From contig CBDAOC010000011.1 in the NCBI GenBank assembly GCA_965197925.1, positions 1 to 39,714 of the forward strand: DNA of 39,714 bases, in the 5' to 3' direction. This DNA is from Nitrososphaerales archaeon (GTDB lineage: Archaea; Thermoproteota; Nitrososphaeria; Nitrososphaerales; UBA213). The stretch's first letter is position 1. Every line of letters begins with the position of its first letter. Below are positions 30,597-39,714 of this stretch, one piece after another. A program made the position numbers and the translations under genes. The notes under the pieces were generated by a model. That model saw nothing but the letters and a program-made list of their open reading frames with translations. It did no database searches and was not told the DNA's origin.

Positions 30597-31277
30597 CTAT
30601 AGTTTCTTTATTTCGGCTATGATATTTTCGACTACCTTATCAGGCGGTCTGTTCATCTGGATATCTATAAAAGGAGATTTTTCTCTGTAATAACCTATGA
30701 GCGGTTCTGTCTGTTCTTCATAAACTTTGAGACGAGATTCTATAACTTCAGGTTTGTCATCACTCCTCTGATAGAGTTGGTTACCACACTTGTCACACAC
30801 CCCCTCCTTTTTGGGTAAGAGAGCAGGTAGATCATAATCGACTCCGTCGACGTTCTTTCGGATATCCGCAATGTTATAGTTACCATCGCACGAAGAGTTG
30901 CTACATATTCTCCTAGCAGAAATTTTCTCAACCAAGATTTCCTTTTGAGTATTAATATTAATAATAGCATCTATTTTTGCAATTTTCTCTAGCTCTTTTG
31001 CTTGAGCAACGGTCCTGGGGAAACCATCCAGAATAAACCCATTTTTTGTGTCCGGCTGAGATATCCTTTCCTTAAATATTCTAATCACGATCTCATCAGG
31101 AATAAGTTCGCCACGTTTCATCATTCCCGCGACTTCTTTTGCAAAATCGTCATCCCTTTTTGCTATATCACGAAAAATGTCTCCAGTGGAAATCTTTGCA
31201 ATTCCTAGATCTCGATTCAAACGCATGGAATACGTTCCTTTTCCTGATCCAGGAGGACCCAATATTATAAGCTGCAT
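30597..31277 (-). CDS. adk: Adenylate kinase, bacterial-type with Zn-binding LID
   Basis: GPPGSGKGT, STGDIFR, GFILDGFPRT..QA, RRICSNSSC...CDKC..LYQRSDD. Confidence 0.95.
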   Translation of the reverse strand: MQLIILGPPGSGKGTYSMRLNRDLGIAKISTGDIFRDIAKRDDDFAKEVAGMMKRGELIPDEIVIRIFKERISQPDTKNGFILDGFPRTVAQAKELEKIAKIDAIININTQKEILVEKISARRICSNSSCDGNYNIADIRKNVDGVDYDLPALLPKKEGVCDKCGNQLYQRSDDKPEVIESRLKVYEEQTEPLIGYYREKSPFIDIQMNRPPDKVVENIIAEIKKL

Positions 31278-31566
31278 TTCTATAACAAACTATTCGGTTT
31301 AATTTAAGGATTCCTTTGTAGACCCTTCCGCTTTATGAATAAATGTTCTAATAATACTATTTATTTAATATTTTCTCCCCTTCTTGGTTTATGCTGTAGC
31401 TTTATTGGGTTCTTTTGGCCCAAAGATGGCTTGGGATGGCAGGGTTGAGTAGAACTTTTCAACCATGGAATTGTTGGTATTACTAAAAAAGGGAATGAGT
31501 GACACATATGTCTGTGTGTTTGGATACAATCATGGGAAGCAACTTTGCCAACTTTAATTATTATAT

Positions 31567-32388
31567 TCATCCATGAAAACGTATTAGAGGGAAGAAGTAA
31601 AGGTCTATGAAAAATACCATGGAGACTCCAAAAAGAAGAACAGTAAGTACTCTCTTTAGATTCTTTTCATTAACTTTCTTACCTATGAGCATTCTGGTTC
31701 CAATCCTAGTACCCAACAGAGTTCCCCCTGCTAGAATAACTGCGCGAAGGAAATCTGTGTTGGCTAGTGCTGTATGAATTGCTAATCCAGAACCAGCGAG
31801 TATAGCTACTGCCAATAATGAAACAGGGCTGGAAAAACGCATAGGGATTGCGAACATGGCAAGAAGCAAGGGCATAAAGATCACACCCCCTCCGATGCCA
31901 AAGAGACTAGATACTATGCCAGCAAAAAAGCAAGATACATAAACTATGATCAGTTTATGAGACTTTACATCCTTCAGAAGCTTTTTTACTGCCTCTGTGG
32001 ATTCGATAATTTTCGGGTTCTTCTTGAGTCTTCCCCTTAGGAGTGTAATACCCGCTACTAACAAAGTTACAATTGCAAAGATAAGTTTGAAATGTGCCAT
32101 GCTTATGGAATCAGCAATGTAGGCACCTATCACCGCGCCAGGGACTGCAAATACAATTAGTCTTAAGGCCAAAGAATAAGTGAGGAGTTTCTTTTTTGCA
32201 TAGACATAAGATGAAGAGGATGCATTTGTACATGCAGCAAAGAGACTTGTGCTAGCCACCATGTATGGAGGATAACCCATGAAGCTTAAAGCAGGTACAA
32301 ACAAAAATCCTCCAGCCAGTCCTACCATTGACCCCACCAAACCACCAACTATGCCGATCACAGCCAGAATCACCAAGTCGAGAACCAT
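31567..32388 (-). CDS. TauE/SafE-family exporter
   Basis: Duplicated GLAGG.LFVP / GIGGGVIFMP motifs, multiple TM helices. Confidence 0.9.
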   Translation of the reverse strand: MVLDLVILAVIGIVGGLVGSMVGLAGGFLFVPALSFMGYPPYMVASTSLFAACTNASSSSYVYAKKKLLTYSLALRLIVFAVPGAVIGAYIADSISMAHFKLIFAIVTLLVAGITLLRGRLKKNPKIIESTEAVKKLLKDVKSHKLIIVYVSCFFAGIVSSLFGIGGGVIFMPLLLAMFAIPMRFSSPVSLLAVAILAGSGLAIHTALANTDFLRAVILAGGTLLGTRIGTRMLIGKKVNEKNLKRVLTVLLFGVSMVFFIDLYFFPLIRFHG

Positions 32389-32548
32389 TGCCCCTTGTCC
32401 TCTATTGGTGTTTAAATTACTTCCTAAAAAATAAGATCAAGGAATATAATCGATGTAAGAAATTTGATGATATTAAAAATATAATGTATTTGCCTTAGTA
32501 ATGATAAAAGATAAAATATTTGTTTGTAGTAAATAACAAGTATAGATT

Positions 32549-32743
32549 ATGAGTAGTACAATTATTGATAAACCACTTAGAGAGGGCCGGATCAAGTGCT
32601 ATGTAAAGGAATGCAAGGGCGAGGTAAAGCGCTCGGCTTGTATTCGCGTTAATGGTGGTAAACTACTGGTATTCTTTTGCGTTAAACACTGGGAAAAATA
32701 TGTTGACAAACTCTACTTTAAGCGACATGGAACAAATTATTAA
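32549..32743 (+). CDS. Small hypothetical protein, possible Zn finger
   Basis: 64 aa, CYVKEC...FCVKH. Confidence 0.45.
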   Translation: MSSTIIDKPLREGRIKCYVKECKGEVKRSACIRVNGGKLLVFFCVKHWEKYVDKLYFKRHGTNY

Positions 32744-32936
32744 TGTATAATTTGACCTGGGAAATTTACTAAAAAGTCATTACTTGATCCGAATTTATCC
32801 AAATATTACGAGACCCGGTTAAGAGAAATTGTTCGACATTTTTCCCTTGACCGTTCGTCTATTTGCATTCTATGTGGAAAATAATTTTGAAGGTGGAAAA
32901 TTTTAATAGGGAAGAGGGCATTTACATTAATGAAGA

Positions 32937-33266
32937 TTGAGTGCGTCCTCCGTATTACAAATAGCGATCAAGACATTTCAGCTGATGCTAAGTAGTCCTG
33001 ATCGAAGTCGAAGTTTTCACTTTGATAATATATTTCAAAACGCGAAAGAAAAAATTAACATAGAATTGACTGAAGGAGAGGTAACAGGAGCCTTAGGGGT
33101 ATTGGAGAAGATGGGGATGATCCAGCCTCTTTCTGAATCTAAAAAAGAATTTACACTTACCATTCAAGGTAGACACAGTAATCCATGGATTCTCCAAGAA
33201 GCATTGAATGGAATGTGGAGGAGATGGGGAGAACAGCACGGTGGAAGGGGAAGACAAGTCTCCTAA
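32937..33266 (+). CDS. Hypothetical protein, possible winged helix
   Basis: EVTGALGVLEKMGMI...FTLTIQG is a wHTH-like pattern. TTTTAATA lies upstream. Confidence 0.5.
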   Translation: MSASSVLQIAIKTFQLMLSSPDRSRSFHFDNIFQNAKEKINIELTEGEVTGALGVLEKMGMIQPLSESKKEFTLTIQGRHSNPWILQEALNGMWRRWGEQHGGRGRQVS

Positions 33267-33507
33267 TTCATTTAATATTCTTTGTAGATAGAACATTTTC
33301 GATCGAAAGGGGGAGACCTTATTTAAAAGACTAGTATCGTGATTCTTTCAAGCATAAGCATGTATGGCATGTAACACATTGATCTCATGGTGCAATTCTA
33401 TATACAATGGGCTAAAATCCATGGTTTCTATAGAGCCGAATTGCCCTATCCTCATTTTTTCAATTCGTAAATGATAGGAATTTTAATAATGTTCTTAAAA
33501 TAAAATG

Positions 33508-33549
33508 ATTAGAAGTAAAACACCTACAATTAGAAGTAAAACACTTACA
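33508..33549. repeat. 21-bp tandem duplication
   Basis: ATTAGAAGTAAAACACCTACA / ATTAGAAGTAAAACACTTACA. Confidence 0.85.
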
Positions 33550-33711
33550 TGTATAAAGAAGAAGGATTTGGCTCTTGCATAGTCACGAATATTTAATTAG
33601 CTTTCTCTTAATGTTGAATAAAATTGGTAGGGATTGTGTAGCCATTCCGATGTTTTCTACCACTATAACCAACCCCGACCCGATAAGAAGCGGGCCCAGA
33701 GGGATTCACTT

Positions 33712-33846
33712 TCACGTAGCGAGCGAAGCCTTTTTGATGGCGCATTCTCCATCGTGAAGTGCTACCACGAATTCCGAACCCTCGTCAAGGAATCCTTCGA
33801 GTTTGCCTGGCCTGACAACCCTCCATTTCGAAAGATTAATACGAAT
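33712..33846 (-). pseudogene. C-terminal remnant of an archaeal tyrosine integrase (tentative)
   Basis: WRVVRPGKLEGFLDEGSEFVVALHDGECAIKK* resembles the QKVVxxxELExYLxxGWEFVxxLxxGxxIV tail recalled from archaeal integrases. Confidence 0.45.
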
Positions 33847-33873
33847 CCCTAAATACTTAGAAATGAGTTACCT

Positions 33874-35085
33874 ATGAAGAACGTAATACTGTTAACTATC
33901 GATGCCTTGAGAAGAGATGCCTTGGGCTGTTATGGGGGGAAGGGTGGACTGTCGCCTTTCATCGACTCGATACAAGATAAATGTATCAGATTCACTAATA
34001 CTCAATCTACAGGCACCTATACCGAGTCATCATTTCCAGGAATACTCACATCTTCTTACTACCTTGACCATGGGTTGTCGGAGAGGAGTACCAAAAAGCT
34101 CTCTCCAAACAGGAAACTGATATCTGAGGCGCTTAAATCTGAAATGATCGTAACGGCAGCATTCCATTCCAGCCCCTACCTATCCAACTTTTTTGGCTGG
34201 AATCGTGGATGGGAAAAGTTTCACGATGGTATGGATATGCCAGTTACTGATAAGGTCCCCTTTGTAAAGGCATCTGTCGTAAACAAAAAGGTGGGTGATT
34301 GGCTATTGTCCCAGAAGGGCAGGCTAGCTGCGAGGCCGTTCTTCTTATGGCTCCACTACATGGATGTCCATGAGCCCTATATTCCTGAACGGAAGTACAT
34401 CGATGTAGTGGATCCGTCGATCAGCCAGACCGAGGACCAGATGTTCGCCCTTTATAAGGACGTCCTGTTAAACAGGGACGTCTCTGATGGGAACGTTACC
34501 AAGACCCTCAAGAACCTCTACTTAGCCAACGTACCTATAGCGGATAATGCCGTGAAGGAGTTCTTCGGCATCCTTGAGGAGATGGATTTCTTAAAGGATA
34601 CAGTCATAATCATAGGCTCTGATCATGGTGATGAGTTCGGCGAGCATGGAGGCCTTTCCCATGATTCAAAGATGTATTCGGAACTTTTGAATGTCCCCCT
34701 GATGGTATACGACTCTACCCTCACTAAGGGCCAAGTAATCGACACACTGGTCAGCACTGTCGACATTTCTCCAACGATAGCGCACCTTTTCGGCCTAAAG
34801 CCGGTTGAAGCCTTCCAGGGTCACTCCCTGCTTCCCTCAGAGGATTACCCTGTTAAAGGGGTCTATGGGAATGCCATTGACAAACATGGGCTCGAATGGA
34901 TAGAGAAGGGAGTACATTTCTATCGGGAAGGCGATCTCAAGATTATCTACCTGGAAAAGGAAGATACCTGGGAGCTGTACGACCTCAAGGAGGATCCCAA
35001 AGAGTTGAATAATATAGTCGGTAGCTCGCCAGCAGCAGAGGGGATGAAGGAGAAATTGAGGCCAAGGATCAAGAAGGGAGAATGA
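33874..35085 (+). CDS. Sulfatase-like hydrolase/transferase 1 (alkaline phosphatase superfamily)
   Basis: NVILLTIDALRRD, YTESSF..ILT, HYMDVHEPY, SDHGDEFGEHG, ELYDL..DP.E..N. Confidence 0.9.
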   Translation: MKNVILLTIDALRRDALGCYGGKGGLSPFIDSIQDKCIRFTNTQSTGTYTESSFPGILTSSYYLDHGLSERSTKKLSPNRKLISEALKSEMIVTAAFHSSPYLSNFFGWNRGWEKFHDGMDMPVTDKVPFVKASVVNKKVGDWLLSQKGRLAARPFFLWLHYMDVHEPYIPERKYIDVVDPSISQTEDQMFALYKDVLLNRDVSDGNVTKTLKNLYLANVPIADNAVKEFFGILEEMDFLKDTVIIIGSDHGDEFGEHGGLSHDSKMYSELLNVPLMVYDSTLTKGQVIDTLVSTVDISPTIAHLFGLKPVEAFQGHSLLPSEDYPVKGVYGNAIDKHGLEWIEKGVHFYREGDLKIIYLEKEDTWELYDLKEDPKELNNIVGSSPAAEGMKEKLRPRIKKGE

Positions 35086-35774
35086 CCATCTCTGGCCCCT
35101 GATAGAAGAAGGATACAGAAATTAGAGTAAATAGATAATAGTGAGGCTCATAAGGATCTTTTACCTTTTAATAACTTCTGATTGGATCGATCTCTAACAA
35201 TATCAACTTCTATCATTTGGTACCACCTGCTGCTTAGCATGAGAGCGTCAAATTTTATGCGAGCATGCTAAAGTTGCGAGTTACAGTTGCAAAAATTTCC
35301 TTGGTTGCGGTTGCGATCCAATGATTGGGTTGGAAAATTTATGAGGTTAGGTTTGAGGCTCAGATTTGTTCTTGAAATTTGCATGGGAGTTGGAAGGCTA
35401 TTTACTCCATTACTATGCTTGAACCCTTGCTTGTTAATCCTTTGTAATGATTCATTGTTACGGCTTTCGCTCACAGCATGCTTGAGATCACTGAATACAC
35501 CAATAATAACACTGGCAAGATTGAGTACCTTTGCTATCCTAGCATCATTACATTCGATTCCGTTAATGCACGCATCCCCTTGCTCAAGTAATGTAATAAT
35601 TGTGCAAAAATACCCGTATTGAATTTAAATCTTTACCATATTGGGGTCCTTTACAAAGGTAACATCTAATCAAGCATGGATCGGACATCATATTAAAGAA
35701 TTTAGATTCCCAATGACCCCTATAGGGCAAAAAAAGTTAAATACTGAGGTGAGAAATAGGGGATAGTGAAATAA

Positions 35775-37121
35775 ATGGCAGCACCAAAATATGTATATTG
35801 TTTCCAATACGATGAGGTTAGATATGATCACCTCTCCGTATTCGGATACCATAGAAAGCAGAAAAACATCGACGGACTTCTAAAAGACGGAGGTACGGCA
35901 TTCAACCAGTGTATAGCTGGCAGCGCCTATACGGGAGCTTGTACTCCAATCATCTGGACTGGACAGTACGGATCCCATACAGGGGTTAGGGACCCATTCT
36001 ATGTTACCGCCGCACCTTTACTGGCGGAATACCTTAAGGAGATGGGCTTCAAGACTCAAGGCGCCATGAGCCAGAGCGTTGCCGGTTCTGCAATTGGACT
36101 GAGCAAGGGGTTTGATACGTTTATCGAACCCACCGACCCGAATGCCCCGGACACTTGGGGTGATGGTGTCGCGCACTGGGTAGAATTGGGTGTCCAAGTG
36201 GACGATAGGTTCAAGGCCAAACCCGTTGGGAAATGGTATGTGAAAGAGAACGAAGATTTCCTGAAGAGTGTCGGCAAGGAACCTTTCTTCCTGTACAACC
36301 AGTTCTATGAGAGTCATACTGGTTCAGAAGAGCACCTCGTTAAGATAGGTAGGATTAAAGAGGGTGAGATGGCAGAGAACGCGTATCAGGATGCGAAGAT
36401 AAAGCTGGCCGACGAAGCAGTCATTGGGCCCGTTATCGATAACTTAAAGGACACAGGGAGATACGATGATGCGGTGATCGTCATCACCGGTGATCACGGG
36501 ACCACTATGAGGCAGGAAAACTGGCCTATCGGAGATTACATCTATGATCCACGTGATCTAGGTGACTTGATTAACACACACTCGAGCCTCTACGACGTAG
36601 ACATCAGGGTTCCTCTGATTATACAGGCACCTAACATACCTGAAGAAGCGAAGAGTAAGGTCATCGAGGGTCAGGTAAGATCTGTCGACATACCGCCAAC
36701 AGTACTAGACCTGGTAGGGTTACCAAAGGAGAAAATAATCCCACAGATGGACGGAGAAAGTCTGGTACCATCCATGAAAGCAGGTAAAGGTCATGGAAAG
36801 AGGGCATATATCGAAATGTTGTGGTCTCAATATGGTATGGGCGCAAGGCAGGCCATTCGAGAGGAGAATTTCAAGTACTGTAGGTTCAACTCTTCCATGC
36901 AGGAGGAGTTCTATCTCTTGAAGTTTGATCCACGGGAACAGAATAACATGTTCGACAGGCTAAAGGCACATGCTCCCAATTGGCTACAAGACCTTCGCGA
37001 AGAGTGCAACACCCATCTTAGAGAACTACCGAGATCTAGGGGTGGTGCAGAACAGCAGATGCCTGAAGAGGAAAAGAAGGCCATCGAATCGCGTCTTCGT
37101 CAGTTAGGATACACCCGATAA
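35775..37121 (+). CDS. Sulfatase-like hydrolase/transferase 2
   Basis: DEVRYDHLSVFGY, YTGACTPIIWTG, NQFYESH, GDHG, VRSVDIPPT, IESRLRQLGY. Confidence 0.9.
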   Translation: MAAPKYVYCFQYDEVRYDHLSVFGYHRKQKNIDGLLKDGGTAFNQCIAGSAYTGACTPIIWTGQYGSHTGVRDPFYVTAAPLLAEYLKEMGFKTQGAMSQSVAGSAIGLSKGFDTFIEPTDPNAPDTWGDGVAHWVELGVQVDDRFKAKPVGKWYVKENEDFLKSVGKEPFFLYNQFYESHTGSEEHLVKIGRIKEGEMAENAYQDAKIKLADEAVIGPVIDNLKDTGRYDDAVIVITGDHGTTMRQENWPIGDYIYDPRDLGDLINTHSSLYDVDIRVPLIIQAPNIPEEAKSKVIEGQVRSVDIPPTVLDLVGLPKEKIIPQMDGESLVPSMKAGKGHGKRAYIEMLWSQYGMGARQAIREENFKYCRFNSSMQEEFYLLKFDPREQNNMFDRLKAHAPNWLQDLREECNTHLRELPRSRGGAEQQMPEEEKKAIESRLRQLGYTR

Positions 37122-37140
37122 GAAGTAAGTGTGGTAAAAT

Positions 37141-37159
37141 CCCCTTTTTCTTTTTTTTG
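37141..37159 (+). terminator. Oligo-T archaeal terminator-like tract
   Basis: CCCTTTTTCTTTTTTTTG about 20 nt after the stop codon. Confidence 0.5.
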
Positions 37160-37249
37160 AAAGAAAAGCTGAAAGCCTATCGTACGATATTCATAGAAGG
37201 CTGGACTTGCTCTTCGCACTGCCTCCTCCAAGACTAATTCGGCTACACT

Positions 37250-37645
37250 ATGGATGTAGAGTCTGCAGAACTAGCAGAATGTGGAATCAAGGTAAAGAGC
37301 AATGAGCCAACATCTAAAATTAATTTTGAAGAAATTGACTTTAAGATAGTTTCCAAGGATATCGATCCACTAACAATAAAATACAAAGACATCTAGTGCT
37401 ATTCCTTATGTCTCGTAAAACATTCACTTCTCCAGATGACTTTATCCAAAAAGAAATTGCTCGTTGAAGCGGTGCTAAAAGATTTCTCTGAGTCAAAAGG
37501 CTCGAATATAAGCGCCATTTGGTTGGTGGAGGAAGATGATTTGCCATATGTGAATCGTAGTCAAAAGTACGCCGAGAAATTTGGCGTAAAAGGGATGTTG
37601 GAAGCAGCACATATTATCATGCTGAATAAACATCCGGATAAATAG
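37250..37645 (+). pseudogene. Unknown ORF with one in-frame TAG
   Basis: ATG 37250 is in frame with ORF 37436-37645; TAG at 37394. Confidence 0.3.
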
Positions 37646-38030
37646 AAGGAAGGAGATGATGAACCTCATGTAATTTTGCTGAAAGGTATTTAATCAAACA
37701 GGCTCTACGTGGTTCTCAGACGATTGGCTGAAGAACTCAGGGAAGAAAAAATTCCAAATCTGAAGAGACCCTTCTTCAGGTAATAATCACCAATAGATCA
37801 TTCACATGTCATATAATTCCTTCCGAATATTCTTATTCAGTCATTAAGATTAATAATTTTCGTCTTATTAATCAGTATCATTATCTAGAGTATGTTAGCT
37901 AAAAATCTTGTTTATTGGTTATTCCTGATCCGATATGGATCAGAATTATTTTATTAATTAAAATAGATCGCTGGCCAACTCTTGTGAAGAAAACCTTAAA
38001 TAAATCGCCCCCATAAAAGGGCTGATTAAG

Positions 38031-39377
38031 ATGGGGAAGACAAGACCAATTATTTGTTGGCAATGGGACGAAGTTAAGAGATCGCATTTATCTTGTTACG
38101 GATATAAGAGACCAACTACAACCAAGGGTTGTGACACACTCGCAAAAGACGGTGTACTATTTGAAAGATGTGTTTCATCAAGTAGCTTAACACCCGTGTG
38201 TACACCAGCGATGTGGACCGGAAAGAGTCCACACCTAAATGGTTGCCTGGACCCATACGGTTATATAAAAGACACGCTGTTATGGGGATATTTACAGCAA
38301 AAAGGCTATACAACTGGAGGATTCGTAAGTAACGGACTGTTGTCCGAAATGCATGGATTCCATCAGGGTCTGGACCATTTCAGTACTCCAGTAGCAGGTG
38401 ATGACATTTGGGATTCACTAGATGCGCTGTGGCGTAGAAAATTCAGTATTCCAAATCCTGGCACCCCAGAGATGGCCGGGAATTGGTATGCAGACGAGGT
38501 TGTGGATTTTATTAAGAAGAACAAGGACAATAACTTCTTTGTCTGGAACCAGTTTTATGAAACCCATTCTGGGTCAGAAGGCTGGATGATAAAGAAGAAG
38601 AAGGTTCTTGAAGAGGGACATTGGCCAGAAGGTGGATACTATGATTCAAAAATTCAGGTAGGCGACACAAAGGTTCTTGGATTGTGGATGGATACTCTTA
38701 AGGATCTTGGACTGTATGATGATGCAATTATCTTAATGACTAGTGATCACGGTACAGACATAACTGATGACCCTGATAAATTGATGGGCTTTGGTTTTAG
38801 AGTAGACACAATTCTACCACCTGGAATTCCTACACACCCAAGCTTCTATGAATACGATGTACATGTACCCTTGGTAATAAAGGGACCAAAGGGCAGTGAA
38901 TTCACAGGAGGAAAAAGAATTGGAGGTATGGTGAGACATATTGATATGGTACCGACAATTCTAGAGTTGGCAGGTTTCACACCGGAAGAGATCGGCAATT
39001 TTGGAATGGAAGGAACGAGTCTTGTTCCCGAGATTGCAGCAGGACAGAAGATGATCAATGGTCGGACTGCAACTATTTCAGAAATGTGGGAGTTAAGGCC
39101 TCAAGGAGCAAAGCAGGCAGTAACTACAGAACACTGGAAATACATTAGATATCTATCTACGATGACTGAAGAGTTCTTTGAGCTGGTAGATGATCCAACA
39201 GAAATAGGCAACAAGATAGAATCAGTAAAGACAAATGCACCACAATTCTTGAGGGAAATGAGAGTAAAGTTAAACGAACAAATGTGGAAGTCAGGAACTT
39301 CTGGTAGTGCAGCGATGAATGCGAATGAAAAGGAGATCGTAGAAGCAAGACTGCGCGGACTAGGATATATCCGCTAA
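38031..39377 (+). CDS. Sulfatase-like hydrolase/transferase 3 (paralog of 2)
   Basis: DEVKRSHLSCYGY, LTPVCTPAMWTG, NQFYETH, SDHG, VRHIDMVPT, VEARLRGLGY. Confidence 0.9.
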   Translation: MGKTRPIICWQWDEVKRSHLSCYGYKRPTTTKGCDTLAKDGVLFERCVSSSSLTPVCTPAMWTGKSPHLNGCLDPYGYIKDTLLWGYLQQKGYTTGGFVSNGLLSEMHGFHQGLDHFSTPVAGDDIWDSLDALWRRKFSIPNPGTPEMAGNWYADEVVDFIKKNKDNNFFVWNQFYETHSGSEGWMIKKKKVLEEGHWPEGGYYDSKIQVGDTKVLGLWMDTLKDLGLYDDAIILMTSDHGTDITDDPDKLMGFGFRVDTILPPGIPTHPSFYEYDVHVPLVIKGPKGSEFTGGKRIGGMVRHIDMVPTILELAGFTPEEIGNFGMEGTSLVPEIAAGQKMINGRTATISEMWELRPQGAKQAVTTEHWKYIRYLSTMTEEFFELVDDPTEIGNKIESVKTNAPQFLREMRVKLNEQMWKSGTSGSAAMNANEKEIVEARLRGLGYIR

Positions 39378-39401
39378 TTTTTCTTTTTTATGGTGAAAAA
39401 T

Positions 39402-39714
39402 ATGAAACTTGGTGAACCTTATGGCGGGACCCTGATAAATAGGGTGGTGGATGAGAAAAAGCGTGAAAAACTATTATCAGAAATTACAAAGTTACCGAAG
39501 GTGAAACCATTTCTTAATGCTATTTATGATCTTGAGCAAATTGCTGTGGGGGGATACAGTCCGCTTGAGGGTTTTATGGGTCAAGAGGCTTTCCGTAGTG
39601 TTATAACTAGTAATAAATTACTAAATGGTCTCCCGTGGAGTTTACCGATTTTTCTAGCTCCACCGGGTCCTGAAAATGCCACAGTTATTAATAATGCAAA
39701 AGAGGGTGATGAAT
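39402..39714 (+). CDS. sat: Sulfate adenylyltransferase (ATP sulfurylase), 5' part
   Basis: Not in the ORF track. MKLGEPYGGTLINRV...DLEQIAVGGYSPLEGFM...NGLPWSLPIFL, with GGTGA upstream. Confidence 0.93.
   Translation, partial: MKLGEPYGGTLINRVVDEKKREKLLSEITKLPKVKPFLNAIYDLEQIAVGGYSPLEGFMGQEAFRSVITSNKLLNGLPWSLPIFLAPPGPENATVINNAKEGDE

Noticed and set aside
35268..35622. ORFs between sulfatase-like genes 1 and 2
   Set aside because: No recognisable motif on either strand; a real or decayed gene cannot be told from chance.
33874..39377. Canonical type I arylsulfatases
   Set aside because: None has the (C/S)XPXR motif, and no maturase is present in the window.

Overview
AT-rich archaeal chromosome window, most likely Nitrososphaerota (Thaumarchaeota). 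The evidence is the PAC2-RIO kinase-cca-thpR block, the cox operon with split subunit II and a cupredoxin instead of subunit III, the F420 reductase and an intron-containing tRNA. Core blocks are RNA processing (1-4.9 kb), preQ0 synthesis (folE-queE-queC), the cox operon, CopA, NpdG and an aminotransferase. They alternate with eroded accessory DNA: three copies of a ~1.09-kb DDE IS (two as an inverted pair), a decayed IS5 inside an aldehyde dehydrogenase pseudogene, and pseudogenes of tag, a VOC protein, htpX and others. Also present are an intact phage/MGME1-like PD-(D/E)XK nuclease between ~90-bp direct repeats, a tRNA-Lys(CTT) with a D-arm intron and an att-like remnant, and a perfect 16x12-bp minisatellite. 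The best candidate for an undescribed system is the right end: a bacterial-type adk, a TauE/SafE exporter, an integrase remnant, three cytoplasmic sulfatase-fold proteins lacking the CXPXR formylglycine motif, and ATP sulfurylase (sat), which runs off the window. All assignments come from reading motifs by eye; no searches were run.
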